From contig OZ241898.1 of assembly GCA_965203525.1 (NCBI GenBank), positions 1,984,176-2,048,175 of the forward strand: 64,000 nt of DNA, read 5' to 3'. The translations under genes and the position numbers were made by a program. The notes beneath the pieces were generated by a model, which was not told the origin of the DNA, did no database searches, and saw nothing but the letters and a program-made list of their open reading frames with translations. Shown here in pieces: positions 13,224-22,506 of this stretch (the first letter of the stretch is position 1; each line of letters opens with the position of its first letter). Source of the stretch: Vicinamibacterales bacterium (lineage in GTDB: Bacteria; Acidobacteriota; Vicinamibacteria; Vicinamibacterales; UBA8438).

Positions 13224-13829
13224 GTGCAACCGCTCACGAGGCGCCAGCGAGAAATCCTGGACTACCTTGCCGAGTTCATCGAACACCACGGCTACAGTCC
13301 GAGCCTCGAGGAGATCGGCCGGCGCTTCGGTCTTTCGTCGCTGGCCACGGTGCACAAGCACCTCGGCAACCTGCAGGAGAAGGGCTTCATCAAGCGGGCG
13401 TGGAACCGCAGCCGTTCCGTGGAGCTGGTGCCGACCGGCGCCGGCGGACGCGCCGTCGAGATCCCGTTGCAGGGCTACGTCGCCGCCGGGGACCCCATCG
13501 AGGCGGTGGTTTCCCCGGAAACGGTCGCCGTGCCCGACGACTTCGTCGGCGCGCGCGCCACCTATGCGCTCCGCGTTCGCGGCCGGTCGATGATCGACGA
13601 GCAGATTCGGGACGGCGACCTGGTGATCGTCGAAGACCGCAAGACCGCGGAGAACGGCGAGATGGTGGTCGCCCTGCTCGACGGGTCGGAGGTGACGCTG
13701 AAGACCTTCCACCGCGAGCGGGGCCGCATCCGCCTGCAGCCGGCGAACCCGGCGCTCGAGCCGCTCGTGGTGGACGCCGACCGGGTGCAGGTGCAGGGCG
13801 TGGTCATCGGCCTCATGAGAAGATACTGA
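13224..13829 (+). CDS. lexA: LexA repressor (SOS regulator, S24 peptidase)
   Basis: N-terminal winged HTH (LTRRQREILDYLAEFIEHHGYSPSLEEIG), catalytic RVRGRSM serine, and a downstream lysine (EVTLKTF). Confidence 0.95.
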   Translation: MQPLTRRQREILDYLAEFIEHHGYSPSLEEIGRRFGLSSLATVHKHLGNLQEKGFIKRAWNRSRSVELVPTGAGGRAVEIPLQGYVAAGDPIEAVVSPETVAVPDDFVGARATYALRVRGRSMIDEQIRDGDLVIVEDRKTAENGEMVVALLDGSEVTLKTFHRERGRIRLQPANPALEPLVVDADRVQVQGVVIGLMRRY

Positions 13830-13909
13830 CGAACGTCCGCCGGCCGTCCGGCGCGGCCGGCGCCCGCGCTCCGGGACGGGCGTCGAAGCGGACCAGCCAA
13901 GGACGAGAA

Positions 13910-14245
13910 ATGCCCGAACGCAAGCAGATCAATTTCACCATCGTGCCGGACGAGCCGAGCGACGTCGCGCGGACCTACGCGAACTTCTGCGCCATCTCGC
14001 ACACGCCGTTCGACTTCACGCTCACCTTCTGCGAGGTGCTGCCGCCTTCCGAGAACGAGGTGCGCGAGGCGGACGGCGACGAAGGGCCGCCGGACGCCCC
14101 GCGGCAGCTCCGGGCGCCGATCCGCGCCCGGATCGTCGTGCCGGCGCAGTTCGTGCCCAGCCTCGTCACCGCGTTGCAGGAACACGCGCGCGCCTTCAGC
14201 GAAGCGCCGCCGAAGGTCTCCGCGCCCGGGAACGCGGTCCACTAG
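13910..14245 (+). CDS. DUF3467-like protein
   Basis: YANFCAISHTPFDFTLTFCEV matches the DUF3467 core. ATG 13910 is in frame within the longer 13400 track ORF. Confidence 0.6.
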   Translation: MPERKQINFTIVPDEPSDVARTYANFCAISHTPFDFTLTFCEVLPPSENEVREADGDEGPPDAPRQLRAPIRARIVVPAQFVPSLVTALQEHARAFSEAPPKVSAPGNAVH

Positions 14246-14263
14246 CCGGCACTGGCGGCGGCC

Positions 14264-14656
14264 GTGACCGACGAACGGTTCGAAGAGCTCGTGGCGGAGG
14301 CGTTGCGGCGGATTCCCCGGCGTTTCCGCGACCGGATGCGGAACGTCGCCCTGGTGGTCGAGGACGAGCCGGCGCCGGAGGTGCTCGCCGACCTCGGCAT
14401 CGCGCCGCCGGACACGCTGTACGGGCTCTACGAAGGGACGCCGCTGACCGAACGCGACTGGGGCGGGTTGGCCGAGCTCCCGGACCGCATCACCATCTTC
14501 CGCAACCCCATCCTGGAAGACGCCGAGGACGAGGACGACGTCGTGCGGGCCGTCGGAGAAACGGTCATTCACGAGTTCGGCCACCATTTCGGCCTCAGCG
14601 AGGAGGAGATCGACGAGGCCGAAGCGATCTGGCGCGAAGAGACCGGCGGCGGCTAG
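14264..14656 (+). CDS. Zincin-like metallopeptidase family protein (DUF1025-type)
   Basis: 130 aa with the HEFGHHFG (HExxH) motif near the C-terminus. Confidence 0.75.
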   Translation: MTDERFEELVAEALRRIPRRFRDRMRNVALVVEDEPAPEVLADLGIAPPDTLYGLYEGTPLTERDWGGLAELPDRITIFRNPILEDAEDEDDVVRAVGETVIHEFGHHFGLSEEEIDEAEAIWREETGGG

Positions 14657-14723
14657 CGCCGGCCGGACGCGGCGGCCGGGACGCCGGCGGCGGCTCGGCC
14701 AGCATTTCCTGGAGCCGGCGTGG

Positions 14724-15497
14724 GTGCGGAAGGTCGTCGACGTCTTCGCGCCGGCGCCGGACCAGCTCGTCGTCGAGATCGGATCCGGACGCGGGGCGCT
14801 GACGTTCGCGCTGGCCGGCCGCGTCGGCCGGCTGCTGGCGGTCGAGACGGACGCGGAGCTCGCCGGGCGGCTGCGGGCGGCGGTCCCCGCCGGCGTCGAA
14901 GTCCGGCACGCCGACTTCCTGCGGCTCGACCTGCGCGAGACGGCCGCCGGGCTGCGCCGCGCCGCCGGCGGCCCGCCGGCCGCCCCGTTGCGCATCGCGG
15001 GCAACCTCCCGTACGGAGTGTCCGCCCCCATTCTGCTGCGGCTGCTGCGCGGCGCGGCGGGAGCCGGGATCCGCGATGCGGTGGTCATGCTGCAGCGCGA
15101 GGTGGCCGAGCGGGTCGTGGCGCGCGCCGGCGCGCCGGCCTACGGTCCGCTGGCGGTGATGACGGCGTTGCGCGCGGACGCCGGCCGGCTGCTCGACGTG
15201 CCGCCCGGGGCGTTCCGGCCCGTTCCGCGGGTTCAGTCGGCGGTCGTCTCCCTGCGCTTCCGCGATCCGCTCCGCGCCCCCGTCGACGCGGCCGGCTTCG
15301 AGGTTCTCGTGCGCCGCCTGTTCACCCGGCGCCGCAAGCAGGTGGTGAACGCGCTCGCCGCGTCCGGTTTCGGAGACGGATTCGATCCGCGGGCCGTCTG
15401 CCGCGCCGCGGGGCTCTGCCCGAGCCGCCGGCCGGGCGCTCTCGACCTGCCGGAACTCATTGACCTGTCTGACGTTCTGGCCGCGATGACGCGTTGA
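14724..15497 (+). CDS. rsmA: 16S rRNA (adenine1518/1519-N6)-dimethyltransferase RsmA/KsgA
   Basis: EIGSGRGALT SAM motif and NLPYGVSAPILLRLL. The conserved N-terminal RRRLGQHFL motif is encoded in frame upstream (14685-14711) of the first canonical start, so the true start is upstream and unresolved. Confidence 0.85.
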   Translation: MRKVVDVFAPAPDQLVVEIGSGRGALTFALAGRVGRLLAVETDAELAGRLRAAVPAGVEVRHADFLRLDLRETAAGLRRAAGGPPAAPLRIAGNLPYGVSAPILLRLLRGAAGAGIRDAVVMLQREVAERVVARAGAPAYGPLAVMTALRADAGRLLDVPPGAFRPVPRVQSAVVSLRFRDPLRAPVDAAGFEVLVRRLFTRRRKQVVNALAASGFGDGFDPRAVCRAAGLCPSRRPGALDLPELIDLSDVLAAMTR

Positions 15498-15503
15498 GCG
15501 CCG

Positions 15504-15512
15504 TGCTATACT
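15504..15512 (+). promoter_or_regulatory. Candidate extended -10 promoter (TGcTATACT) upstream of rnj
   Basis: TGCTATACT at 15504-15512, about 155 nt upstream of the rnj ATG. There is no convincing -35. Confidence 0.3.
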
Positions 15513-15667
15513 GCGTCTCCCACCCCGCGGGCGGCCCCGGCAGCCCGCACCGGCCGTGGCGCCGGGAAGTCCCCTCCCGGCCGCGCGCCGCGCCGTCGCG
15601 GGCGCAGACCTGCCCGCTCCGGCCGTGAATCGGTGGCGCGACGACCCGCGCGCACCGGAGATCCGAC

Positions 15668-17344
15668 ATGACGCGCGAGAACGGCCGTTCGGCGGCCGTC
15701 GAGGTGCTGCTCCTCGGCGGCGTGGGCGAATTCGGCATGAACATGATGGTCGTCCGCTCCGGCGCGACGAACCTGCTGGTGGACGCCGGCGTCATGTTCC
15801 CGGGGCCCGAGCACTTCGGGGTCGACCTCGTCATCCCGGACGTGCGGTCCCTCGCCGGCGAGATCGGGCGGATGTCGGCGCTCGTGCTGACCCACGGGCA
15901 CGAAGACCACATCGGCGCCGTGCCCTACGTCTGGGATCTGATCGACGGCCCGGTCTACGGTACCCGGCTCACGCTGGCCCTGCTGGAGCGCAGACTCGCC
16001 GAGCACGGCTGCGACACCGCCGGCCGGCTCGTGGCGGTCGCTCCGCCGGAGACCGCCACCGTCTCCGGCCTGGACCTGGAGTTCGTGCAGGTCGCCCACA
16101 GCATTCCCGATTCGGTGGCGGTCGCCATCCGCACGCCGGCCGGCACGCTGGTGCACAGCGGGGACTTCAAGTTCGACCAGACGCCCCTCGACGGGCGCCC
16201 CACCGACGCGCACCGCCTCGCCGAGATCGGGCGGCGGGGCGTGCTGGCCCTCTTCTCGGACAGCACGAACGCGTCGCGGCCGGGCCATTCGGGGTCCGAA
16301 CTGCACGTGGTTCCCGCGCTCGAGGAGATCTTCGCCGCCGCGCCGCGCCGGCTGGTGGTCACGACCTTCGCCTCCAGCCTGCACCGGATCCAGTTGCTGA
16401 TCGACCTGGCCGAACGCTTCGGCCGGCAGATCGCGTTCGTCGGCCGCGGCGTCGTCGAGAACACCGGGCTGGCCGTCCGGCTCGGCTACCTGCGCCTGCC
16501 CGCCGGCCTGCAGGTGCCCGAGGCCGACGTCGCCCGCTGTCCGCCGGAAAAGATGCTCTGCATCGTCACCGGGTCGCAGGGCGAACCCTTCTCGGCCCTC
16601 TCGCGCATGGCGGCCGGCGCGCACCGCCACGTCCCGCTGCAGGCGGGCGACGTCGTCGTGTTCTCCGCGCGCGCGATTCCCGGCAACCGGCGCGCCATCG
16701 ACCGGGTGCAGAACCACCTCGCCCGCCGCGGCGCGCGGGTCGTCGACGAGTCGTCCAAGCGGGTGCACGTCTCCGGGCACGGCAGCGAGGAGGATCTGAA
16801 ATTGATGCTCTCGCTGATCAGTCCGCGCTGCTTCGTGCCGATACATGGGGAGTACCGCTGCCTGGCGCACCACGCGCGGCTCGCCGGGCAGGTGTCCGGC
16901 GGGCGCGCGGCGGTGCTGCTGGCGGAGAACGGCGACCGCATCTGCTTCGACGAGTCGGGCGGATGGCTGGGCGAGCCGTTCCGCGCCGGGCGCGTGCTGA
17001 TCGACGGGACGCGGACGGGCGAGGTCGCCGACGAGGTCCTGCGCGACCGCCGGCATCTGGCCGGCGATGGGATCGTGGTGGCGGTCATGGCGCTGGACGC
17101 CCGCACCGGGCGCGTGGAGCGGGACCCGGAGCTGATCACGCGCGGATTCGTCGTCGACGGGACCACGAGCGCGCTGCTCGACGACGCGGCGGTCAGGCTG
17201 CGGGCGCTCGCCGCCGGGGCGGGCGCGGAGGAACGCATCGATTCCGGGGTCCTGGGCGAGCGCGTGCGCGTCGAGCTGCAGCGTTTCTTTCGCAAGCGGA
17301 GCGGCCGGCGGCCGTTGGTGCTGCCGGTCGTCATGGAGATCTGA
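15668..17344 (+). CDS. rnj: Ribonuclease J
   Basis: Metallo-beta-lactamase HGHEDHIGA motif, beta-CASP and a C-terminal domain; 558 aa. Confidence 0.9.
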   Translation: MTRENGRSAAVEVLLLGGVGEFGMNMMVVRSGATNLLVDAGVMFPGPEHFGVDLVIPDVRSLAGEIGRMSALVLTHGHEDHIGAVPYVWDLIDGPVYGTRLTLALLERRLAEHGCDTAGRLVAVAPPETATVSGLDLEFVQVAHSIPDSVAVAIRTPAGTLVHSGDFKFDQTPLDGRPTDAHRLAEIGRRGVLALFSDSTNASRPGHSGSELHVVPALEEIFAAAPRRLVVTTFASSLHRIQLLIDLAERFGRQIAFVGRGVVENTGLAVRLGYLRLPAGLQVPEADVARCPPEKMLCIVTGSQGEPFSALSRMAAGAHRHVPLQAGDVVVFSARAIPGNRRAIDRVQNHLARRGARVVDESSKRVHVSGHGSEEDLKLMLSLISPRCFVPIHGEYRCLAHHARLAGQVSGGRAAVLLAENGDRICFDESGGWLGEPFRAGRVLIDGTRTGEVADEVLRDRRHLAGDGIVVAVMALDARTGRVERDPELITRGFVVDGTTSALLDDAAVRLRALAAGAGAEERIDSGVLGERVRVELQRFFRKRSGRRPLVLPVVMEI

Positions 17345-17347
17345 TCC

Positions 17348-19783
17348 GTGGTTGCCACCACCTCGTCCTCGTCGCGTCGCATGAGCGAAATCCTCGGTGT
17401 CGCCCTCTTCGCCGGGGCCCTCGTCTGGCTGGTTGCGCTGGCGACCTACGACACCGCCGACGCCGTCTGGTTCTTCCATCCCGACGGCGTGGCGCCGCCG
17501 GTCAACCTGGCCGGCCGCGTGGGCGCGTTCCTGGCCGAGCTCTCCTACCAGATCCTCGGCCTGACCGCGTTCCTCATCCCGATGCAGCTCGTCGTGCTCG
17601 GCTGGCATGCCTTCTGGTGCCGGCCGGTCGGCGCGGCGTACACGAAGCTGTTCGGTCTCGGCGTGATCGCGGGCTGCGGCGCGGGGTTCCTCAGCCTGGC
17701 GTTCGGCCTCCTCGCGGAGTCTCCCCGCCCCATCGACGCGGGCGGGTACCTGGGAGCGGCGCTGACCGGACTGCTGTCCGAGTACTTCAACCGGATCGGT
17801 TCGATCATCGTCATCCTGACCATCCTGTTCCTCACCGTCATGGTGACGACCCGGTTTTCGCCCGGTCAGCTCCTGGCCGCCTTCTGGCGCGGCCTGCGCG
17901 AGGCCGCGCGGACGCTGCGCGCGACGTTCGGCGACTGGTCGGCGCAGCGCCGGCGCGAGCGCCAGCGGCAGGACGTCCTGAACAAGCATCTGGCGAAGAC
18001 CGGCTCGTCGTCCGCCCGCACCGAGATTCTGGCCCGCAGCCAGGCGCCGGACCGCTGGCGGCGGAACGCGCCGCGGACGGCGGCGGCAGAGGAAGGAGAT
18101 CCGGCTCCGGAGCAGGCCGTCGACCCGGCCGGGGACGTCGAGTTCGATCCGGAACCGGCGTTCCAGCCCGCTCCGGAGCCGGAACCGGAACCCGCCCCGG
18201 AGCCGGTCTCCGCCCCCCCGCCCGCGATCACGGCGCCGCCGGAGGCCTTCGAGCCCCCGCCGCCGCCGCTGGCGCCGGAGCTGTCGATGCAGGAACGGCG
18301 GAGCCGCTACACCCCGCCCCCGATCTCGCTGTTCGATTCGCCGAAGGCGATGCAGACCTTCGACGAGCGCCAGCTCATGGACCGGGCGCACCTGCTCGAA
18401 GAGAAGTGCCGGGAGTTCTCGGTGGAAGGCTCGGTGGTCCAGATCCACCCCGGGCCGGTGGTGACCACGTTCGAGTTCAAGCCGGACGCCGGCGTCAAGT
18501 ACAGCCGCGTCACCGGCCTCGCCGACGACCTGTGCCTGGCGATGCAGGCCGAGTCGGTGCTCATCGAGCGCATCCCCGGCAAGTCGACCGTGGGCATGCA
18601 GATTCCGAACGCGGTGCGCGACCAGATCTCGCTGCGGGAGATGCTCCAGTCCGAGCCCTACGCGCAATCCTCGTCCAAGCTGACCCTCGCGCTCGGCAAG
18701 ACCATCCACGGCGAGCCGGTCGTCGCCGACCTCGCGTCCATGCCGCACCTGCTGATCGCCGGCGCCACCGGGACCGGCAAGTCCGTGGGGCTGAACGCGA
18801 TGCTGACCAGCATCCTGTTCCGGGCGACGCCCGAGGAGGTGCGCCTGATCCTGATCGACCCCAAGCGCCTCGAGCTCGGGATGTACGCCGACGTCCCGCA
18901 CCTGCTGACCCCGGTGGTCGTCGATCCGAAGCAGGCCAACAACGCGCTCCGCTGGGCGGTCCGGGAGATGGAGCAACGCTACAAGCTGCTCGCCGCCGAG
19001 GGCGTGCGCAACATCGGCCAGTACAACCGCAACGTGCGCCGGCAGCTCGAAGAGGACGGCGCCGGCGGCGCCGAGGCGGCGCCGGGCGGCGACGGCCGGG
19101 AAGCGGGGGATCCCGCGCCGCTGCCGTACGTCATCCTGGCCATCGACGAGCTGGCCGACCTGATGATGGTGGCGAGCAAGGACGTCGAGGAGTCGATCGC
19201 GCGCCTCGCCCAGATGGCGCGCGCCGTCGGCATCCACCTCATCCTGGCGACGCAGCGGCCGTCGGTGGACGTCATCACCGGGCTCATCAAGGCCAACCTG
19301 CCCTCGCGGATCGCGTTCCGCGTCTCCTCCAAGGTGGACTCGCGCACGATCATCGACGGCAACGGCGCCGAGCAGCTCCTGGGCAAGGGCGACCTGCTCT
19401 ACCTTCCGCCGGCCTCCTCCCGCTGCATCCGGCTGCACGGCCCCTACATTTCGGAGCGCGAGACCGCGCGCCTGTGCGGCTTCCTGCGCAAGCAGGGCGC
19501 GCCGGGGTACGACGAATCGATCACGGCCGACGAGAAGGCGCCGGAAGCGGCCCCGGCCGATCACGACGACCTCTACGACGAGGCGGCGCGGATCATCGTC
19601 GGCGCCGGACAGGCGTCGATCTCGTACCTCCAGCGGCGCCTCCGCATCGGGTTCAGCCGCGCCGCGCGGCTCGTCGACATGATGGAGGCGGACGGGCTGG
19701 TTTCGGCCGGGACCGCGGGCAAGCCGCGGGAGGTGCTGGTGCAGTCGGACTACTTCGAGCAGGTCGACGCGCAGCCCCGGTAG
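17348..19783 (+). CDS. ftsK: DNA translocase FtsK/SpoIIIE
   Basis: N-terminal TM helices, a Pro/Ala-rich linker, the motor domain (GATGTGKSVGLN; ILAIDELADLMM) and a C-terminal gamma winged-helix (ISYLQRRLRIGFSRAARLVDMME). Confidence 0.95.
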   Translation: MVATTSSSSRRMSEILGVALFAGALVWLVALATYDTADAVWFFHPDGVAPPVNLAGRVGAFLAELSYQILGLTAFLIPMQLVVLGWHAFWCRPVGAAYTKLFGLGVIAGCGAGFLSLAFGLLAESPRPIDAGGYLGAALTGLLSEYFNRIGSIIVILTILFLTVMVTTRFSPGQLLAAFWRGLREAARTLRATFGDWSAQRRRERQRQDVLNKHLAKTGSSSARTEILARSQAPDRWRRNAPRTAAAEEGDPAPEQAVDPAGDVEFDPEPAFQPAPEPEPEPAPEPVSAPPPAITAPPEAFEPPPPPLAPELSMQERRSRYTPPPISLFDSPKAMQTFDERQLMDRAHLLEEKCREFSVEGSVVQIHPGPVVTTFEFKPDAGVKYSRVTGLADDLCLAMQAESVLIERIPGKSTVGMQIPNAVRDQISLREMLQSEPYAQSSSKLTLALGKTIHGEPVVADLASMPHLLIAGATGTGKSVGLNAMLTSILFRATPEEVRLILIDPKRLELGMYADVPHLLTPVVVDPKQANNALRWAVREMEQRYKLLAAEGVRNIGQYNRNVRRQLEEDGAGGAEAAPGGDGREAGDPAPLPYVILAIDELADLMMVASKDVEESIARLAQMARAVGIHLILATQRPSVDVITGLIKANLPSRIAFRVSSKVDSRTIIDGNGAEQLLGKGDLLYLPPASSRCIRLHGPYISERETARLCGFLRKQGAPGYDESITADEKAPEAAPADHDDLYDEAARIIVGAGQASISYLQRRLRIGFSRAARLVDMMEADGLVSAGTAGKPREVLVQSDYFEQVDAQPR

Positions 19784-19826
19784 TCCGCCCGCAAGCAGCG
19801 CGGCGGCGGACGGCCGGCGGCGCAAT

Positions 19827-20010
19827 GGGACGATCAGCGGCCGGGGGCGCCAAGACTGAGCCCGACTCCGTCCCGCCTGGACCGACGTCGGCGGCGCAGG
19901 CGGGACGATCAGCGGCCGGGGGCGCCGAGGCCGACTCCGGCCCGCCTGGATCGGCGCCGACGACACGGGGACGATTCAGCGGCCGGGGGCGCCGAGGCCA
20001 AGCCGGGTCG
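19827..20010. repeat. Three tandem, degenerate copies (75 and 66 nt periods) of the 3' end of the small gene 19976-20224
   Basis: Units start at 19827, 19902 and 19968 with gggacgat(t)cagcggccgggggcgcc(a/g)ag... On the minus strand each carries ...GGCGCCCCCGGCCGCTGA, the last codons plus stop of the small ORF. Confidence 0.8.
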
Positions 20011-20224
20011 CGCTGCCGCCGGGGGGGCCTTCGACCGGCCCGCCGCGCGCCTTCCGCACCCCGATCAGGAGGCCGGCCAGCGACAGCCCGAGGAGGACCG
20101 CGACCAGGCCGAGCACGCCCACCACGGAGAAGGCGCCGAGCACCACGTCGATGACGGTCGTCTGCTCGGTGGTGGGTTCCACCACTTCGTAGACCAGCGG
20201 CGTAATCGGCTGCGGTTGGGCCAC
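19976..20224 (-). CDS. Small single-pass membrane protein, unknown function
   Basis: 82 codons with a GTG start 10 nt after the pepA stop and a central hydrophobic helix (VIDVVLGAFSVVGVLGLVAVLLGLSLAGLLIGV). Confidence 0.45.
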   Translation of the reverse strand: MAQPQPITPLVYEVVEPTTEQTTVIDVVLGAFSVVGVLGLVAVLLGLSLAGLLIGVRKARGGPVEGPPGGSATRLGLGAPGR

Positions 20225-20234
20225 GGAAGCAAGC

Positions 20235-21752
20235 CTACCAAGTCCGGTCGCCGACGGCCAACTCGGTCAGCGTGCGGACCATCACGCCGGTGGCGCCGGC
20301 CGCGGCGTCCTCGCGCGGCTTCTCCAGCCAGGCGGTGCCGGCGACGTCCAGGTGCGCCCAGGGCAGCTCCGCGGCGAACGCCTCGAGGAACGCCGCCGCG
20401 GTGCAGGCTCCCCCCTCGCGGCCCCCGACGTTCTTCAGGTCCGCCAGCTCCGAGCGCAACTGCTCGCGGTACTCCTCGTAGAGCGGCAGCGGCCACACCC
20501 GCTCGCCGGCGCGGGCGGCCGCCGCCTGCAGGACGCCGCTCCAGGCCGCCGGCCGGGCGAAGAGCCCGCTGGCCGCTCCCCCGAGCGCGATCACGCAGGC
20601 GCCGGTGAGCGTCGCGACGTCGACCAGATGGGTGGCGCCGAGCTCCCGCGCGTACCAGAGCGCGTCGCCGAGGATCAACCGGCCCTCGGCGTCCGTGTTC
20701 AGCACTTCCACCGTGGTCCCGCTGGCGCCGGTCAGGACATCGCCCGGCCGGATGGCGCGCCCGCCCGGCATGTTCTCCGCCATCGGCACGATGCCGAGGA
20801 CGCGGCGGGCGCCCCCCAGCGCCCCGATCGCGCGCATGGCGCCGACGACCGCCGCGCCGCCCGCCATGTCGCTCTTCATCCACTCCATGCCCGCCGCCGG
20901 CTTGATCGAGATCCCTCCGGTGTCGAAGGTCACCCCCTTGCCGACCAGCCCCAGCACCGGCTCGGCGGGCGCTCCCGGCGGCTCGTGGCGCATCACCAGC
21001 AGCCGGGGCGGCGCGGCGCTCCCCTGGCCGACGCCCAGCAGCAGCCCCATGCCGAGTCCGCGGATGGCCGTCTCGTCCAGCACCTCGGCGGCCACGCCCA
21101 CCTCCGCGACGGCCGCCGCCGACCGTTCCGCGAACTCCGCGGGAGGCAGCAGGTTGGACGGCTGGTTCGCGAGCTCGCGGGCCAGATTGGCCGCCGCGCC
21201 GATGGTCACCCCCCGTGCGACCGCCTTCGCCACGCCGGCGCCGCGGTTCCCCTCCGGCCACACGACGTCGCACGCCGCGGCCGCGCCGTCGGCCTCCGGT
21301 TCGCTCTTGTAGCGCAGGTCGGCGAAGCCGCCGGCGACGGCGCCCTCCCCCACCGCCTGGGCCAGCTCCTCCGGCTCCCCCGCGCCCCGGCAGACGAAGG
21401 CGAAGCGCGCCACGCGCCGCGCGCGGGCGGCCCGGCCCGCCACCGCCGCCGCTTCCCGCAGGCAGGCGGCGGGTCCGTCCGGTCCCGGCGGCGCGCCGAC
21501 CAGCAGCAGCCGCGGCGCGCGCCAGCCCTCCCCGGTCAGCGCCGTCTCGAACGTCTCCCGCCGCTTCCCCCGGAACGCGCCGGAGGCCCGGGCCTCTTCG
21601 AGCGCGCCGGCGGTGGCGGCGTCGAGGCCGGGCAGATCGGCCAGCGTGTCGGCGTCGGCGTCGCCCAGGACGGGGACGGCCAGCAGGTCGGCGTCGGCCG
21701 CCGCGGCGGGCGCGCCGCTGGCGCCGGCGGGTCCGGAAATCGGCGTCGGCAT
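20235..21752 (-). CDS. pepA: Leucyl aminopeptidase (M17)
   Basis: NTDAEGRLILGDAL signature and VGKGVTFDTGG. Start chosen at ATG 21752; the track ORF extends further upstream without support. Confidence 0.9.
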   Translation of the reverse strand: MPTPISGPAGASGAPAAAADADLLAVPVLGDADADTLADLPGLDAATAGALEEARASGAFRGKRRETFETALTGEGWRAPRLLLVGAPPGPDGPAACLREAAAVAGRAARARRVARFAFVCRGAGEPEELAQAVGEGAVAGGFADLRYKSEPEADGAAAACDVVWPEGNRGAGVAKAVARGVTIGAAANLARELANQPSNLLPPAEFAERSAAAVAEVGVAAEVLDETAIRGLGMGLLLGVGQGSAAPPRLLVMRHEPPGAPAEPVLGLVGKGVTFDTGGISIKPAAGMEWMKSDMAGGAAVVGAMRAIGALGGARRVLGIVPMAENMPGGRAIRPGDVLTGASGTTVEVLNTDAEGRLILGDALWYARELGATHLVDVATLTGACVIALGGAASGLFARPAAWSGVLQAAAARAGERVWPLPLYEEYREQLRSELADLKNVGGREGGACTAAAFLEAFAAELPWAHLDVAGTAWLEKPREDAAAGATGVMVRTLTELAVGDRTW

Positions 21753-21813
21753 CGGGCGATTATATCGGTCTACAATGGAGCCTGCCGTCCGGGGAAGGTT
21801 CGGGAGGTCAACC

Positions 21814-22272
21814 ATGCAGTGTTCATCCACCTGGCGTCGCCGCGCGTTCCTCGGCACGTCGCTCGCCGCGCTGTCGATCCTGCTCGCCGCCGGCCAGGCC
21901 GCCGACGGACGCGCCTGGTCCCGGCAGGGACCGGACGACGACCCGCGGCTGCGGCTGCGGGCCACCCCGCGCGTCGCCTTCGCGCCGGCCAGCATCCTGT
22001 TCGTCGGCCAGCTCCGGGGCGGCCCCGACGACAACGAGGAGCTCTACTGCGCGACCATCGAGTGGGACTGGGGCGACGACACGTACTCGGAGAGCACCCC
22101 GGACTGCGACCCGTTCGAGCCGGGCCGGACCTCGATCCGCCGGCGCTTCTCCGTCCGGCACACCTTCGACTACCAGGGCCGCTACGAGGTGCGCCTCAAC
22201 CTGAAGCGCCGCGACGACATCCTCATCTCGGCGCGCACCCGGATCGAGGTGCGCGGGAACCGGTTCCGGTAG
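21814..22272 (+). CDS. Hypothetical exported protein (possible Tat signal)
   Basis: ATG 21814 is preceded by GGGAGG. The N-terminus is WRRRAFLGTSLAALSILLAAGQA. No recognisable domain. Confidence 0.55.
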   Translation: MQCSSTWRRRAFLGTSLAALSILLAAGQAADGRAWSRQGPDDDPRLRLRATPRVAFAPASILFVGQLRGGPDDNEELYCATIEWDWGDDTYSESTPDCDPFEPGRTSIRRRFSVRHTFDYQGRYEVRLNLKRRDDILISARTRIEVRGNRFR

Positions 22273-22446
22273 GCGGTCGGCGGCGCACTGCCGAAGGCCC
22301 TGTGCAACTGTGCGCCGTCAGCACCGCGACCAGCGCCGAGCGCGCGCGCAGCAGGAAGACGGTCTGGAACGGCTGTTGGCGCGATTCCGGATCAATTCGG
22401 CGCAGGTCGCCGCGCTATCGCTCCGCCGACCCCTTCAACCATCCAT

Positions 22447-22481
22447 CTGAACACCGAGGACTTCTACCTCGGCCTGTTCAG
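22447..22481 (-). terminator. Hairpin downstream of the giant helicase gene (candidate terminator, no U-tract)
   Basis: Minus strand: CTGAACA-GG-CCGAGG tagaagt CCTCGG-TGTTCAG. This is 13 paired bases with a 2-nt bulge, 26 nt after the stop at 22507. Confidence 0.4.
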
Positions 22482-22506
22482 CGTGTCGATCGACCATCGC
22501 CCCTGT

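Noticed and set aside
15506-20154. Two enormous ORFs (1486 aa on the minus strand, 1532 aa on the plus strand) spanning rnj and ftsK
   Set aside because: Their translations are Arg/Pro/Gly/Ala low-complexity with no motifs. The alternative frames encode textbook RNase J and FtsK. Stop-codon-poor antisense and off-frame ORFs are expected at this GC content.
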